A stretch of 64,000 bases of DNA from Saccostrea cucullata (Eukaryota): the NCBI RefSeq assembly GCF_032062105.1, contig NW_026936003.1, positions 186,001 through 250,000 of the forward strand, read 5' to 3'. Below are positions 63,313-64,000 of this stretch, piece after piece; the stretch's first letter is position 1; each line of letters starts with the position of its first letter. Both the position numbers and the translations under genes were made by a program. The notes beneath the pieces are model-generated. The model saw nothing but the letters and a program-made list of their open reading frames with translations. It made no database searches and was not told where the DNA came from.

Positions 63313-64000
63313 GAATATTTATCAATTGAAATGTTTTATGATGTTGTTTATATGCTCAATATCTAAATGTCCCAGAAATAAATATCTCTGTATGATAATT
63401 ATTAGTGTTAATTTGATGAATATCATCAATATCAAAATTCGTGTTAGTATTGCTTTAAAAGTACACGCGTAAACGAAGATTAAAAGCTCAGTTGAGGTAA
63501 TGAAAAAGAAAAAGCTAGCGAACAGTGATCCATCTCAAAAATATTTTAAACGATACAAATTTGTAAACAAACCATAAAACACGGATCCCGGGAAATCTCC
63601 AGATTGGGATCAAGTACCTAGGAGGAGTAAGCTTTCTTCTTACTGATCACACCCGCCCAATGCATGCATTGATCAGTTAGACAAATTCAATTTACAAATA
63701 AAGCCTGGCAATTGGTTTGATACATGGTAGTCAAAATGTGACTAGATATTTGCTGTATTTGCAAACAAAGTCTTTATTAAAAAAAATAAAATGTATGATG
63801 TGCTGATTTAGAAATCCCCGGGTATAGTCAAGTTATTTGTCAGTAGAATACTATTTTTTTTGATTTGAAAACTGATCGTATTCAGAAAATGCATTTGTGT
63901 GTCTAATAAGTTGATAAAAAGACATGTAAACACAATGAGTAAAGGATAGTGGAATTTTACTAAAGTACATAAATATGGAACGTTGCCGATGGAAAACCTA

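Overview
Eukaryotic, AT-rich, repeat-dense DNA. Cg170-like satellite/Helentron-associated repeats and bivalve-type SINEs point to an oyster (Ostreidae); this is recognition from memory, not a database result. The region ~10.3-33.6 kb is a five-level nest of mobile elements. A minus-strand Ngaro/DIRS-type tyrosine-recombinase retroelement (SGNH hydrolase, gag, RT-RNaseH, YR) is split by an intact two-gene PIF/Harbinger transposon (10415-14019) and by a 14.1-kb TIR element (14143-28289). Removing the 14.1-kb element restores the YR C-terminus. It contains an 11.8-kb TTAA-flanked element with ~1-kb TIRs, which holds a solo LTR, satellite/HINE repeats and a second intact Harbinger inside a MITE of its own family. 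The Ngaro element carries two arrays of sense-strand RNA hairpins and candidate splice sites. A dead APE-RT LINE follows (34.3-37.3 kb). The region 44.8-63.3 kb holds three tandem, intact-looking GIMAP/AIG1 GTPase genes. Manual splicing shows each is fused to an N-terminal RanBP2/NZF zinc finger with the T-F/Y ubiquitin-binding signature and ends in a cationic amphipathic helix. This architecture is the best candidate for an undescribed system. All calls were made by eye; no searches were run.
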